Positions 51,243-61,383 of a stretch of 64,000 bases of DNA are shown one piece after another (the first letter of the stretch is position 1; every line of letters starts with the position of its first letter). A program made the translations under genes and the position numbers. The notes beneath the pieces were generated by a model, which ran no database searches, had not been told where the DNA came from, and saw nothing but the letters and a program-made list of their open reading frames with translations. The DNA comes from Octopus sinensis (lineage: Eukaryota): positions 78,368,001 through 78,432,000 of the forward strand of contig NC_043004.1 in NCBI RefSeq assembly GCF_006345805.1, in the 5' to 3' direction.

Positions 51243-54200
51243 ATATTATATATATATATACTTATGTATTTGCTTATGTTTGCCTTCTTCATGTTGTCAT
51301 GTCTGTCAAGAAATTGTCTGCTTGCTTTGTACATGTGTAGATGTGTGAAATAAGCAATCTCATAAAAAACAGTTAAGTGTTAGTGACAGGAAGGGCATCC
51401 AGCTGTCAAATAATGCCTCAATAGTATATTTGTCTAACCCATGCTAGCATGGAAAGCTGGATGTAAAATGAACGAACCTTCTTGGTGTGAAATAGCTGAG
51501 TAAAACATCTAATTTGTTGTAGGAAGGTAACTTCATATGTGATGAGAAAAATTGTTGCATGGTGGCATGTCAGTGGTTTGTAGTGCCAAGTGGATTGGTA
51601 CTTGTTTTGAACATCTCTATCACTTCTAGAGACGCTGTAATTGTCAGCAGATTTCTTGAGAATATTTAGAGAAAATATTCCAAGCTTTTGTGATTGCAAT
51701 GTTACAAATGTCGAAACGGTTTTCATCTAAAATGGGCAATTATTCATAATAACCTTTTCTACAATTAATTAATTATGCATGATTAGTCTGTCTTATCTGT
51801 ACAATAATATTTGTGATTAGATCTGTTGCCTGACAGACTAAAAGGTAATGATAATAATGATGATCTATTGCTGAGGGCTTGATTATTTTAATTACATTTT
51901 AATTGCAGATGTTATACTAATGATTTTTGATTTGAAAAATATTAATTAATAATTGATATTTTGATCGTTTCTTCAGGTACAAAAGCTGCAGTTTACTCTC
52001 GTTGCTTTTTTATTGTCGAGTGATCCATTATCTAGATTTTGCAGTATAAAAAATTTGCTTCTCTCTCTCTCTCACTTAAGCAAATTTGACAAAATATTTC
52101 AAATAATTGAAACATTCAGACAAAAATATTTCTGTATTAGTTTGTATTAGAAACCCAATGACTTAAGTTACTAAATACCATAGTGTTTTGATATTCATTT
52201 TTAGGTACATATTCTGTTGAGAGTGATGTGAAAACTGGAGACTTTAGTGCACATGCACACCTACTAGGTATTGATGCTTTATCACAGCTAAAATGTAAGT
52301 CTGTGAACTCTACTTTAGTCATCTTCTCCTGACATAACCACAACCTGCCCCACCGTCAGACAGTTTTATTTTGCTTATTTATTATTATTTTTTTTTAAGG
52401 TTAAAAGGTGCATTGTAGAGTTTACTTCAGATAAATCATATCTAAGTTTAACCCATCCCTTGGTTGGTTGGCTTTGTCCCTCTACCTAGACATGCTTTGC
52501 TACACAATACGGTAATACTTCTGTGTTGTTGCTATGGGGACCAGGGTGATTCCTGGAACTTGTTCAACTAGAGGAAGTATATTTTGACTTTATTAGATTT
52601 GCACTTTAATTGAATGATTGCTATTTACACCTGATTCTTGTTCAAAATAGTTTTCTGTGTCTGTCTGCTGTTTATGTTACATCAAGCACTCTAATGAGAT
52701 GGGGGTGGTTTGTCCTTTAATCACAAAAGTTAATTTTCTCTCTCTTACTGAAGGAGGTTTCATTTTGTTTGTGTTTTGATTATTTTTTTTATATCTAACA
52801 TCTCTTGTGTCAATATCATCATCATCATTTAATGTCCATCTTCCATGATGGCACAGGTTGGTCAGTTTGACCAAATCCAACGATGCCAAGGACTGCATCA
52901 TGCTTTGTCATGGTCTCTACAGCTGGATCTCCTCTCTAACACCAACTACTTCACAGCAGGTATTGAGGGCTTTTTTCTTTTATTTCTATCTCGGCACCAG
53001 CACTACTGAGGTCATCATGTGGCTTGCAAGTCTAGGAACCCCAAACAAGAATTCTATTTGTAAACCATTGGGAATGAATAACTTAAAAATTGATTTTGGA
53101 AATGGAAAACTAGACTTTTGTTACTGTGAGAACTAATTTACTGGGGGAATAGGTGTACATGTTGATGTTAATTACAGTCTACCACCCTTGTTAATTATCA
53201 ATCATCATTTTAAAGCTGACTTTTCCATGCTGCATGGATCAGATGAAATGTACTGAGGTAGATTTTCTACTGCTGGATGTCCTTCCTGTCACCAACCCTC
53301 ACCTGTTTCAAATTAGATAATATTCCTCAATGGCCTGACATGTTTTCTATGAAGGATAGGAAACGAACAGCCTCACTCGTATGATAGTGATGCTCACAAT
53401 CATCACGTGATGGAAAGACATATAAAACATACTTATATACCAAATCCACTCTGGGTTTTGGCTGGCCCAGGGTTACAGAAGAAGATACTTGTCCAAGGTG
53501 CCATGTAATGGCACTAAATCTGAGACCACATGCTTGGGAAGCATATTACTAAAAGCTTGACCTACAACTCCATGAATTATTTTGCTACAGACATTGTACT
53601 GCCATTTTGTCAAAGACATTTCATTTTCCATCTAAAAAAGAATCGGTACTTTTCCCGCTTCATCGTTAGCTTATTAGCATATTCTGTCTTCATCATTTGA
53701 TGGTCATATATTGATGATGTATTCTTTCATTGTTAAGCGGTTAGTATTGGTAGTATAGTCTGTCTTCATAATTAGATTATTAATATTGGTTTTTTCATCT
53801 CTGATTAATTGCTGCTCCAACAATTAATGCTGATGCAAGTACAAGTTCTAATGAAATGGACACAAAGCAATAGTAATTAGTTTTATTTCCAGTTAAAATA
53901 TTGTTTTTAACATTCAGGTTCAGATCTCTTTTTAAAAATACCTGGTGGTGTTTCTTTCAGATCCTCAATCTTTTTATTGATTTAAGTTATTGGCATTCAA
54001 TTAAATCATTTTGTAATCACTAAACATATTAGGTGGATTGCTTAAGAGTGGCATCTGTTTGAGTGTATTTTTAACTAATGTCTTAGACTAATATGGAATA
54101 AACCATGTAACCATTAATTACTTAGAATCATATTATGTCTGGTGGAATCTTTAGGAGTTACCTATTCTAATCACTGGTACAGTTAATGTTCGGTACAATT

Positions 54201-57200
54201 GTAAAGAATTTCTTGGGAAAAAAAGATCTGAAATTCTTTCGATAGTTTACTGTGTATTGTTGATATATAATTTTATCTTTCTAATTCCTCTTCTATGCTG
54301 CAGCTCTTAAAATCGTTCACCAGAATCTGGTTGTGGCTTAAAAAAAAATATACTAAAACAATTGCATAACCCCCTTTTTTTGTCATCAATCAAAAGTGCA
54401 TGAGCTATCATTAGAATACTATTTGGTAGATTTATATGCTAAGAATTCATTCAAGAAATAATTGAAAAATACTAAAATATTCATGTGTATATCTGTGGCA
54501 TTCAAAGCTTAACAAATATCAAAAGATATCAACGGATAAGAAGAAACAACCTGTCAAAAAATACCCTGACATGTTTTTCACAGACATTTTGACAACGTTC
54601 TTCCTTTTTTCTGCTTCAACTTATTCTGTGCTATGTTAATTTGCTATCAGATATTTATATAACATCCTGTGACTAGCACTTTGGGAACTCACAAACCATC
54701 TCCGTAATGGTGTATACTGTCATGTTTTCAATCCAATAATATTTACAAATAATAGTTACACATCTCTGATTATTGGACAGTGTCTTGATTATGTAATTTA
54801 CATTATGTAACCAATAACCATCTTATGTTAATGAAACATAACGTAACATGGTATAAGTAAAATAAATGAACCAGAATGAAATCAACTTACAATTGAAAAG
54901 TTTCCTTCATTCTTATTCATTTTTATTTTACTCTCTGGTAAATACGCAGCATTTAGGACAAACATTTAATTTTACAGACTGCTTAATATCATGAATTAGT
55001 TATTTCATTAATTGTTTTTTTAATTGGTTGATTGATAAGGAATATTGTTGATATTCCTAGTGCTACTCAGTTAATTGCCTAGATCTTAAAGATCCTTACT
55101 ACATGGTTTTATATGTACATATATATGTGTGTTTGTATGTATGTATATATATAAATATATATATACATAATATATATATATACATACATACACACATACG
55201 GTATATGTATGGAGCTGGTTGGAACCTCAGTCATTTGATTCAGTTTTCAGACTACGTAATTGTTTGTATTTTTCATATTTTGTTCTAATTTTGTTTTACA
55301 GTGACAGGTGCTAGCTTTGTTGTTTTCAATGGAGCTTTGAAGACGAGTTCTGGTTTAACAGCCAAGTCATCAATAGTAGAAGATGGTTTAATGGTTCAAA
55401 TTAGTCCAGATTCTATGGCTGCTCTGAAACAATCTATGAAAGATATGACGGCATACACCATTGGTTGTGGCAGTTTGGCTAACAGCATTCCTGACGAAAT
55501 TGTTCTTGTACATTGGGTAGAGGATGACAAAAATGTCAATATAGGGTGAGTAAACAGGCATCAGCATCAGCGGTATAACCCCCCCACCACCACCCCACCA
55601 CGACCTTTTATTGCTTGCTTAACCCTTTGTCTGTCTCATGTATCCCATGTAATACGTGCAGCACACAGTTCCCTCGCATCCCTGCATCATATCTGATACA
55701 CATTCCCAATTCTTTTTCAGCCACCAGAGTAACTTGGGCCTTATGAAAGGGGAGCTTTATATTACTCAAAACCTATGAAATAAAGACATTGTTTCAAGGG
55801 GCAATGTGAATATATGAGAAGGCATGTTATGTAGTGACTAGGGTATTTGGCTCACAATAGTAAGGTTGTGGGTTCAATTCCCAGTGGTTTGATGTGTCCT
55901 TGAGCAAGATACTTGATTTATTTCATGTTGCTCCAGTCCACTCAGCTGGCAAAAATGAGTTGTACCTGTAATTCAAAGGGGGCCAGCCTTGTCATATTCT
56001 ATGTCATGCTGACTCTCCCTGAAGGCATGTGTACCTGTGGAGTACTCAGCCACTTGCATGTTAATTTCAGGAGCAGGCTGTTCCCTTGATCAGACCGGCT
56101 GGAACACCCATTGTCATAACTGACAGGGTGTGCCAAACCAGTGTGAATATACACATATATAGTGCATCATATGTGATGTGTAGGACACTCGCCTGGTCTC
56201 AAAAAAATATATTAACCACCAACTAATATAGTATCAACACTTATTAGCTACCAACAAAACCAAATTAACCTCCCAAAACAAAATGTCTGTGAACAAGCGA
56301 TGGATGTTTAGGACAAACTATTAGGACAAACTATTAGGACAAAAATGCTTTGTGCCAGCAAAGGGTTTAAACCATTTAAACATTTTCTGTTTTGGATTCT
56401 TTTTCTCTAATTGATAACTGATAATTCAGTTGGAAATTTTATTTTCTATTTTAAAAGTGACTTAAATTTAAGGTCTTTGAATTTAGAGCTCTTCTCCTCC
56501 ATGTTGCTTCTCATGGATTATTCACACTGTTGTGATCCTTATTAAATGGGCATTAACGAGAGAAAGTTGGGGGTGGGGGAGGGTCTAAACGTAAGATCAC
56601 ATGACCTGTGATGTCATCAGTTGGATCATCAAGTAAGACTTTGGAATTAGTTAGCAACACTTTGTTTTTTTATTCCCTAACAATGGGGGAGAAAAGAAAT
56701 TGAAACAAATTTATCCCTGGATGGTAAGGTAAGATTCTTGGTAAGTAATCTGAATCAATGGAAGCACCATGCTAAGGTATGAACTTGTGAACCATCTGAT
56801 AGAAGTCCTCTTATTAAGTCATTTTGCAGTGGAGTTGGATCATTTATTCCTTTGATAATGATGGGAAGGTGAGAGAGGGTGAAATAGAGATGGATTTCAA
56901 ACATTTAGATTCAAAGACAAATTTCACGATTTCTGTTTTTTCGTCTTCCCTTTTATTTGATAGAAACCTGATTTATTGTGTTTTTGTAAAATTAATTTGG
57001 TTTCTTTGATTTCTGCGTTTAGGTTATGCAGTGTCATTGATAACATGTCTTTAGATGGTGTGGAGAGTATACACATTCATAACAGCCCCGATTACATTGG
57101 AGAATGCAGAGCCATCCGATGGACGGAGGTCTTCTTGATACAGAACGAGGAGTCAACTTCGTCACGTCTAGAGCCAGTTGACCTTAGCCGCTTGGCTGAA

Positions 57201-58990
57201 ACACTTGCCCAAGCCTGCTGTATTGCCCTCACGCCACATTTAGACCGATTGAAAGAGTCTTCCATCTCTAAACTTGGTCTCCGAGTCAACATCGAGTCAG
57301 AACGGGTTTGTATAATTATATCTACGCACGAGCACACACACACACACACGTTCATTTATATATTGCTTTCCAACCAACAGGTTTTAGGTTCAGTCCCACT
57401 GTGCATCTCCTTGGGTACATGTCTCCTTTTACAGCCCAAGCTAAGCAAAGCCATATGAGTGGATTTGGTAGGCAGAGGCTGTGGTTTGTGTGTGTGTCCC
57501 TGATGTTAACATGATTGTAAATGAGAGTGACTGTCATAGAAATAGAATTGTTTGTTTCTAGTCTTCCCTGAAAAACTTGTCTGGCCATGAGGAAAATATT
57601 ATCTCACTTGGAAATTGGTGAGGAATGGCTGCAGGAGAAGAGGTATCAGGCTGTAGAAAATTTGTCTCAAAGAATTCTGTGAGACCCATCCAAGCAAACA
57701 ATGTAGACGTCAACCCTTTTGCAGTCAGATTACTCTGTCAAATGTGATGTTTATTTATTCACATTGGTTTGAATTAATCATGCATTATTCTGCAGTTTAG
57801 AAATGTTGATATGATGCTTGTGTTTATTTTAAGGATGACAATGTAGGGTAGGTGTGAAAGGCTGGATCTGGCCAGTTTGAACAAAAAGACAGACAGAATG
57901 TTCGGGCCAGTTTGAATGCTAAATAAAGAGTTAAATGATGATATGTGATGATCATCATATGACACTAGCAGGACCTGTGAATATTTTATGGAATTAATGG
58001 TGAACCTATTGGGTTATTTCTGTAAACTTTATTCAAAAAGCCTGAAAGTGTATCCTGTGTTGTGTCTCTATGGAAGGATAGTCTCTCATCTGCTAATCAT
58101 TGGAAAGTGAAAGAAATTGGAATATGTTGATTATTTAATGCACTTTATATATATATATATATATATACACACACCTTATATACTTTATGCACAATTTTAT
58201 GGACTGAATACACAGCACTCTCCCTCTTTCTCTGTCACTCTTTGCCTTACCCTCTTTTCCTCTCTCCTTTTTCTTTTACTCTTTGCCTTTCCCTTCAACT
58301 AATCACGTGAAAGCATCACAGACGGGATAAGTAACAGAGGGAAAAAAAAACTTAGTTAAAAAAGAAAACAAATTACACATTTCACTCACCACCTCCTCTC
58401 CCTGCTACTCCTCCTGTTCCTCCCCTCCACCCATTCAGCTAATCACATGGGAGCGTTACAGATGGGCTAAATAATGGAGTGACAAGCAGAATTATGAGAT
58501 GTTTTTTTACCATATTTAATTGTTCTCAGGCACTGTCTTGCCACATTTTTATGACCCTCCCCACTTCTTCATCACCTTTATGAAGTTCAGCATTGTGAGA
58601 GCAGCCTTCATTACTTTTGTAAATTGCATCACATGTCCATACCAATTACAATCACCTCTCTTGCTTAGTGTCCCTGATTCCTCTTGTCCCCATTTTCTCT
58701 CAGCTCATTTATGCCCCTAAACAGTATACATCCGATGGTGCTTGTTCTCCTCGCTTCTTTCCCGCCTTTGCATATCCTCTACATTTAATGCTCCACATAA
58801 TGTTGATATTAATAGGAATTTATATTTGAACTTTCAGGTTGGTTATGAAATTGGATCAAATGGTACCAAACTACCTGACTTCTACATGAACGACCTGGAT
58901 AGTGAACTTATTCCTGTGATTCATAATGCCACTTCACACAGCCAAGATGGACCTATTAGCCTTGAATTGATTTTCCACATCTTGGACTGA
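4906..58990 (+). CDS. ZFYVE9: SARA/endofin-family FYVE protein, 5'-partial, 14 exons: join(4906-5261,7193-7292,26444-26581,37267-37422,38081-38200,40352-40405,42359-42427,43615-43779,44967-45191,46576-46763,47482-47632,55302-55545,57023-57305,58838-58990)
   Basis: All introns GT-AG and phases join into one open frame (2402 nt, ending TGA). Translation has [21 protein letters not shown] (FYVE), [32 protein letters not shown] (SARA Smad-binding domain), KQVIF (RVxF) and the conserved C-terminus ([36 protein letters not shown]). An invertebrate gene is probably co-orthologous to ZFYVE9 and ZFYVE16. Confidence 0.95.
5052..5105 (+). repeat. Coding CAA/CAG repeat (Q7-L-Q10)
   Basis: In frame within exon a. 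Confidence 0.95.
5692..5998 (+). mobile_element. tRNA-headed SINE (family D, alternative tail)
   Basis: Head nearly identical to 318-510, different 3' module; flanked by (GT)n and (AT)n. Confidence 0.8.
7193..7292 (+). CDS. ZFYVE9: Exon b: C-half of FYVE domain
   Basis: cttcag|GTA...ATCA|gtgagt; [33 protein letters not shown]. Confidence 0.95.
7505..7837. repeat. Compound (AT)/(ATGT) microsatellite
   Basis: Direct inspection. Confidence 0.95.
7838..8413 (+). mobile_element. Young RTE-tailed non-autonomous element (family C) with seven ~61-bp tandem units
   Basis: CACGTAAAAG recurs at 7868, 7929, 7990, 8052, 8113, 8173, 8235; tail CCCATGCTAGCATGGAAAACGGACGCTAAAC(GAT)n resembles the RTE 3' ends at about 28560 and 35070. 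Confidence 0.85.
8414..8762. repeat. Compound (AT)/(ATGT)/(AC) microsatellite
   Basis: Direct inspection. Confidence 0.95.
9045..9760 (+). mobile_element. Three head-to-tail family-A SINEs separated by (ATT)n
   Basis: GAGCTGGCAGAATC/GAGCTGACAGAATT heads near 9100, 9329 and 9562, each preceded by (TAT)n. Confidence 0.85.
9775..10075 (-). mobile_element. Family C RTE-tailed element
   Basis: Reverse complement of the 8100-8390 region. Further copies at about 36090-36373 (+), 38430-38760 (-), 40570-40795 (-), 41000-41205 (-), 43845-44070 (+), 48725-48890 (+), 50445-50632 (+). Confidence 0.75.
10110..10480 (-). mobile_element. tRNA-headed CORE-like SINE (family B)
   Basis: Minus strand: GTGTGGTAAGTAGCTTACTTACCAACCACACAGTTCCGGGTTCAGTCCCACTGTGTGCCACCTTGGGCAAGTGTCTTC. 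Further copies at about 10880-11270, 17820-18180, 18190-18590, 20900-21290, 30270-30680, 38830-39260, 45790-46140, 47040-47390, 57370-57700, 62840-63220. Confidence 0.75.
11853..12096 (+). mobile_element. tRNA-headed SINE carrying a hammerhead motif (family H2)
   Basis: A box TGGCGTAGTGG (11862-11872), decayed B box, (AAT)n, hammerhead motif at 12002-12047; probable 11-bp TSD TCATCAGTAAT/TCTTCAGTAAT. Confidence 0.75.
12002..12047 (+). ncRNA. Hammerhead ribozyme motif, probably decayed (H2)
   Basis: GACAC-CTGATGA-A-GGCTG-10nt-CAGCC-GAAAC-ATT-GTGTT; stems I and II pair; stem III is broken unless the ancestor was GAAACGTT. Confidence 0.55.
22130..22380 (-). mobile_element. Possible decayed hAT-type transposase 5' fragment
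   Basis: Minus frame FEFWLSEV...HFCCSACD*...[17 protein letters not shown] resembles a BED-like zinc finger; several stops. Confidence 0.3.
23371..23631. mobile_element. hAT/Charlie-like MITE
   Basis: Termini AAGTGGTTCTCAACC ... GGTTATGAACCACTG. Confidence 0.7.
24965..25845. mobile_element. Nest of four piggyBac-like (TTAA) MITEs
   Basis: TTAACCCTTT/AAAGGGTTAA-type ends; B1(+) interrupted by B2(-) at about 25075-25296; B3(+) from 25391 interrupted by family-A MITE 25493-25711. Confidence 0.7.
25978..26188. mobile_element. piggyBac-like MITE
   Basis: TTAACCCTTTCG...CGAAAGGGTTAA terminal inverted repeats with TTAA. Confidence 0.8.
26399..26405 (+). promoter_or_regulatory. Consensus branch point TACTAAC for the SBD exon
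   Basis: TACTAAC about 40 nt upstream of the CAG acceptor, within an AG-free stretch 26340-26441. Confidence 0.6.
26444..26581 (+). CDS. ZFYVE9: Exon c: Smad-binding domain
   Basis: ttcccag|CG...GAGG|gtgagt, 138 nt, phase 1-1; [45 protein letters not shown]. Not in the supplied ORF track in this frame. Confidence 0.93.
27940..28110 (-). mobile_element. RTE-clade LINE 3' fragment
   Basis: Minus frame [34 protein letters not shown], a typical RTE C-terminal GHV.RM...RGRP...W pattern. Confidence 0.6.
28110..28605 (+). mobile_element. Decayed RTE LINE 3' end
   Basis: [13 protein letters not shown]...[10 protein letters not shown]...VDLRKL...; ends GGTATGGAAAAACAGGTGTAA(GAT)n. Confidence 0.75.
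31791..32107. mobile_element. H2 fold-back insertion (full unit on - strand plus ~70-nt tail on + strand) with 13-bp TSD
   Basis: TSD AGAAGAGATACAC at 31778-31790 and 32108-32120; decayed hammerhead motif at 31836-31881 (-). Confidence 0.8.
32415..32720 (-). mobile_element. Decayed RTE LINE 3' fragment
   Basis: Minus frame [50 protein letters not shown]. Confidence 0.7.
33183..33317. mobile_element. H2 tail-only fold-back insertion with 11-bp TSD
   Basis: 42-bp inverted arms (33185-33226, 33236-33277; 3 mismatches); TSD AAAAGTGATTA at 33172-33182 and 33318-33328. Confidence 0.75.
33965..35125 (+). mobile_element. Decayed RTE LINE (RT domain to 3' end)
   Basis: Remnants of FVDLEKAFD (TTTGTCCAGCTGGATAAGGCCTTTGAC), [32 protein letters not shown] and a (GAT)n tail; many stops and frameshifts. 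Confidence 0.8.
37267..37422 (+). CDS. ZFYVE9: Exon d: PP1-binding RVxF-type motif region
   Basis: atacag|GA...CAGG|gtgagt, 156 nt, phase 1-1; [25 protein letters not shown]... Confidence 0.9.
38081..38200 (+). CDS. ZFYVE9: Exon e
   Basis: tttgtag|GC...AAAG|gtaaat, 120 nt; ends [14 protein letters not shown], resembling SARA GLPPILISTGVKG. Confidence 0.88.
39689..39852. mobile_element. Small TIR element (MITE) with an upstream direct partial copy at 39344-39469
   Basis: ATATTTATCCCCACTTAAAAGT ... ACTTTTAAAGGGGGATAAATAT (22-bp imperfect IR). Confidence 0.6.
40352..40405 (+). CDS. ZFYVE9: Exon f (54 nt)
   Basis: tttgtag|AT...AAAA|gtaagt; [18 protein letters not shown], resembling SARA DYAVEEKP. 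Confidence 0.85.
41448..41934. repeat. ~490-bp near-perfect AT-rich palindrome with nested internal inverted and tandem repeats
   Basis: Outer ~140-bp arms with few mismatches (ATTAAATTAGAGATAAAACCACTATTAGC... / ...GCTAATAGTGGTTTTATCTCTAATTTAAT). Confidence 0.9.
42359..42427 (+). CDS. ZFYVE9: Exon g (69 nt)
   Basis: atctag|GT...CAGT|gtaagt; [22 protein letters not shown], resembling SARA PLVFVLNANLLSMVKIVN. Confidence 0.88.
42517..42713. mobile_element. hAT/Charlie-like MITE
   Basis: CAGCTGTTCTTAAC ... GTCGAGAACTGCTG; 8-bp flanks CTCTAGGT/CTCTCAGT. Confidence 0.65.
42880..43337 (-). mobile_element. Interspersed repeat abutting (TAA)n, possibly a Dong/R4-related non-autonomous element
   Basis: GC-richer block ending in (TAT)n that matches a repeat I recall from Octopus; family assignment inferred only from the (TAA)n junction. 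Confidence 0.4.
43615..43779 (+). CDS. ZFYVE9: Exon h
   Basis: tttcag|TG...AAAG|gtaagt; [45 protein letters not shown]. Confidence 0.95.
44967..45191 (+). CDS. ZFYVE9: Exon i
   Basis: tttcag|GT...AGAT|gtaagt; [20 protein letters not shown]...[22 protein letters not shown]. Confidence 0.95.
45279..45492. mobile_element. piggyBac-like MITE (family A)
   Basis: Same body as 25493-25711; other copies at about 19961-20110 (interrupted) and 57714-57934 (opposite orientation). Confidence 0.7.
46296..46376 (+). mobile_element. Fragment of the H1 hammerhead family
   Basis: GTCACATTTAAGTGGCAAATATACTTCACAATGTCATGTAGCCACTGTTTATACCTCGCTCAGAGATTTATTATT matches 4372-4403 and the reverse complement of 4060-4132. 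Confidence 0.75.
46576..46763 (+). CDS. ZFYVE9: Exon j
   Basis: ttgcag|AT...GAT|gtaaga; [34 protein letters not shown]...PRNRYDD. Confidence 0.95.
47482..47632 (+). CDS. ZFYVE9: Exon k
   Basis: ttatag|TTA...AAAG|gtgagt; [50 protein letters not shown]. Confidence 0.95.
47995..48390 (-). mobile_element. tRNA-headed SINE (family D)
   Basis: Reverse complement of the 318-582 head and tail, extended by about 130 nt more tail. Confidence 0.8.
49470..49900 (-). mobile_element. Possible ancient hAT/Charlie transposase remnant
   Basis: Minus frame [14 protein letters not shown] resembles RKY.E.YLKFGF; downstream similarity is weak and frame-shifted. Confidence 0.35.
55302..55545 (+). CDS. ZFYVE9: Exon l
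   Basis: ttacag|TG...ATAGG|gtgagt; [33 protein letters not shown]... Confidence 0.95.
57023..57305 (+). CDS. ZFYVE9: Exon m
   Basis: gtttag|G...CGG|gtttgt; [12 protein letters not shown]...[13 protein letters not shown]...[12 protein letters not shown]. Confidence 0.93.
58838..58990 (+). CDS. ZFYVE9: Terminal coding exon n
   Basis: tttcag|GTT...GAC TGA; [50 protein letters not shown]. Confidence 0.95.
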   Translation, partial: VGYEIGSNGTKLPDFYMNDLDSELIPVIHNATSHSQDGPISLELIFHILD

Positions 58991-59782
58991 CAACCTGCCA
59001 CAGAAACTATCATTCTCTCATCCATCCATAATATTTCTGAGATCTTTGCCTCAACCGAGCTATTCAAAATAGGTGCCGTTCTAAGACGATAACATTTAAC
59101 CTATGCTCTCAGTTATCTCAACAGCAACAGCAGCGACTAAACCAATTTATCGGAGAGTTTCAACACACGAAAGAATCACTTCTGTCCAAGAACAGCAACT
59201 TTGTAACAGTTCTTGGATGTCTGCTTTTCTTCTCTATATCCCAAACATCAACTAAACCAGTCACATTTCTCTCAATTAAGAAGAATAGATTTCATCATTG
59301 ATTTCACCTGTTTGCCACCAACCAGCTCTCTCTTGTTGGTTAAAGGTGTGTCAACTGACTCATTCATTGGTTTTTTTTTTTGTATTCATCATGACCGTGT
59401 GTGTGTGTATGTGTGCGCACGTGAGAAATGACTGGTGTTTCTGCCTCATGCTGGAGGGCCACCAAATGACTGCTTTGTGAATATACCTTAACGTTTGTCA
59501 CTCAAAGACAATGACCAAGGAGACACTTTTATTGTTATTCATTACCATCATCATTACCGTCAAAATTATAGTTATTATTATTATTATTATTATCATCATT
59601 ATTATTATTATCATTATTATTATTATTATTGTTGTTGTTTGTGTGTGCATGTATAAGGGCATGTGTAGAGACGGTTGTGTATGTTGATATTTGACTGAAA
59701 TCACTCTGATAGTGTCTCAATGGCTAAACTTGTTTCCATTTCCTAATATTTTTGTATTTAAAAAAAAAGATGACAAAAAAAG

Positions 59783-59788
59783 AATAAA
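59783..59788 (+). promoter_or_regulatory. Candidate polyadenylation signal (AATAAA) for the SARA 3' UTR
   Basis: First AATAAA I noticed after the stop codon, about 0.8 kb downstream; no transcript data. Confidence 0.3.
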
Positions 59789-59924
59789 AGAAAATTATTC
59801 ACAAATGCCTGCACAAAAACACAACAGACCTGGCGTACACTCACAGAACCACAGGCACTAATACACACACATTAATACAAGAATTCTGCATTATTATTAA
59901 TATTATTATTATTATTATATGTAT

Positions 59925-60330
59925 GGTGGTGGATTGGCAGGATCGATAGAGCATTGGACCAAACGGCTGGCGATATTTGTTCCAGCTTTTTACATTCTGA
60001 GTTCAAGTCCTGTTGAGGTCAACTTTACCCTTCATCCTTTTGAGGAGGTCGATAAAATAAAGTACCAGTCAAGTACTTGTGTCAATGTTAATTAATGAGC
60101 TGGCAGAATCGTTAGCATGTCAGATGAAATGCTTTGTGGCATTTCTTCCTGTGCTGAGCTCAAATGCTGCCGAGGTCAACTTTGCCTTTCCTCGTTTTGG
60201 GGGTCGATAAAATAGAGTACCAGTCACATACTGGAGTTGATGTAATCAACTTGTCCCCCTTCCCGCTCCACAAAATTGCTGGCCTCGTGCCAAAATTTGA
60301 AACTTATTATTATTATTATTATTATTATTA
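59925..60330 (+). mobile_element. Two tandem family-A SINEs downstream of the stop codon
   Basis: Heads near 59930 and 60097, (TAT)n at both ends. Confidence 0.8.
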
Positions 60331-60898
60331 TTTTTCTCTTTGCTTTTAACTTTATTTAATACAAAAATAAAAAAAAAACATTTAAAAAAGAAATTTCTCT
60401 TTTTTGGGGGCTGATTGACTGGGTTTGGCAATTCAATTTAGCAGACATGAGTTGTGTCACAAATTCTTTGAGCCTTATATCCAAGAATGGACATTATTTC
60501 ATGACTGGGTCACTGTTGTCAGGTTACATCTTTCCAAGCTCTTACGCACCTGGTAGTAAGAAAAGAACTTAGTTGGAGGCAGGGATATTTGGGTTGAATG
60601 TACAATGGAAGCGCTGGCTTTTCCCTCTCACCGGATTGTACGGTCACTGTTTTGGCTCCTTCAATGACCACCACAACATATGGCACATATACAAATGTTT
60701 ACAAATCAGCGACAAAGTCTTCCGAAAGAAGGCTTTTATTTTTTTAACTTTTTCAAGAACGCGTTGGCAATATAATTCTTTGATGTTATATGGTGGTGTA
60801 TAAATAACTGCAAAAGAGTTGGTGCATTTAGAATTGTGCAGTTGCATGTGATAATTCTTCACAATTGTTAAGTTAGAAATATATGGGTGTGTATATGT

Positions 60899-60948
<50 letters not shown>

Positions 60949-60952
<4 letters not shown>

Positions 60953-61349
60953 AATGTGAGGATATCTTATCCTCATAAGGGATTATTTTATCTGAAATTT
61001 CACTGGTTTAATCACCAACAGTGTTGAGGAATATCTTTTTGATATATATTTGGTATTGTTATAAGTATAAATATTATTAAAGAACAAAAAAGAGTTGGCA
61101 AGGATATGAAATTAATTTATTAACATACTGCCAAAAAATAAAAATGCCTATGTACGTTTCAGTTCAGTCCAATGTATAATTGCAAATTCAAAATGCTATT
61201 TTATTCTATTCTTTGGATTTATTCCAATCTTTGAATTTGTAGTTATATATATATATAGGACTGAATCGAAATGTACATAGGCTGGTTTTTTGGCAGTATG
61301 TTAATAAATTAATTTTATATCCTTACTAACTCTCCATTATTCTTCTTTA

Positions 61350-61383
<34 letters not shown>

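Noticed and set aside
51977-52023. Acceptor CTTCAG|GTACAA in the k-l intron
   Set aside because: In-frame stop after 15 codons and weak donor; no support for an exon or recursive splice site.
56560-58460. M-box/CLEAR-like motifs (TCACATGA near 56593, TCACGTGA near 58303) and a G-rich tract
   Set aside because: Short motifs expected by chance, far from any promoter, and no conservation data available.
61140-61290. Hammerhead half-motif GAAACGTA-CATAGG in the arms of the 556-bp unit
   Set aside because: No CUGANGA core or matching stem I found upstream in either arm.
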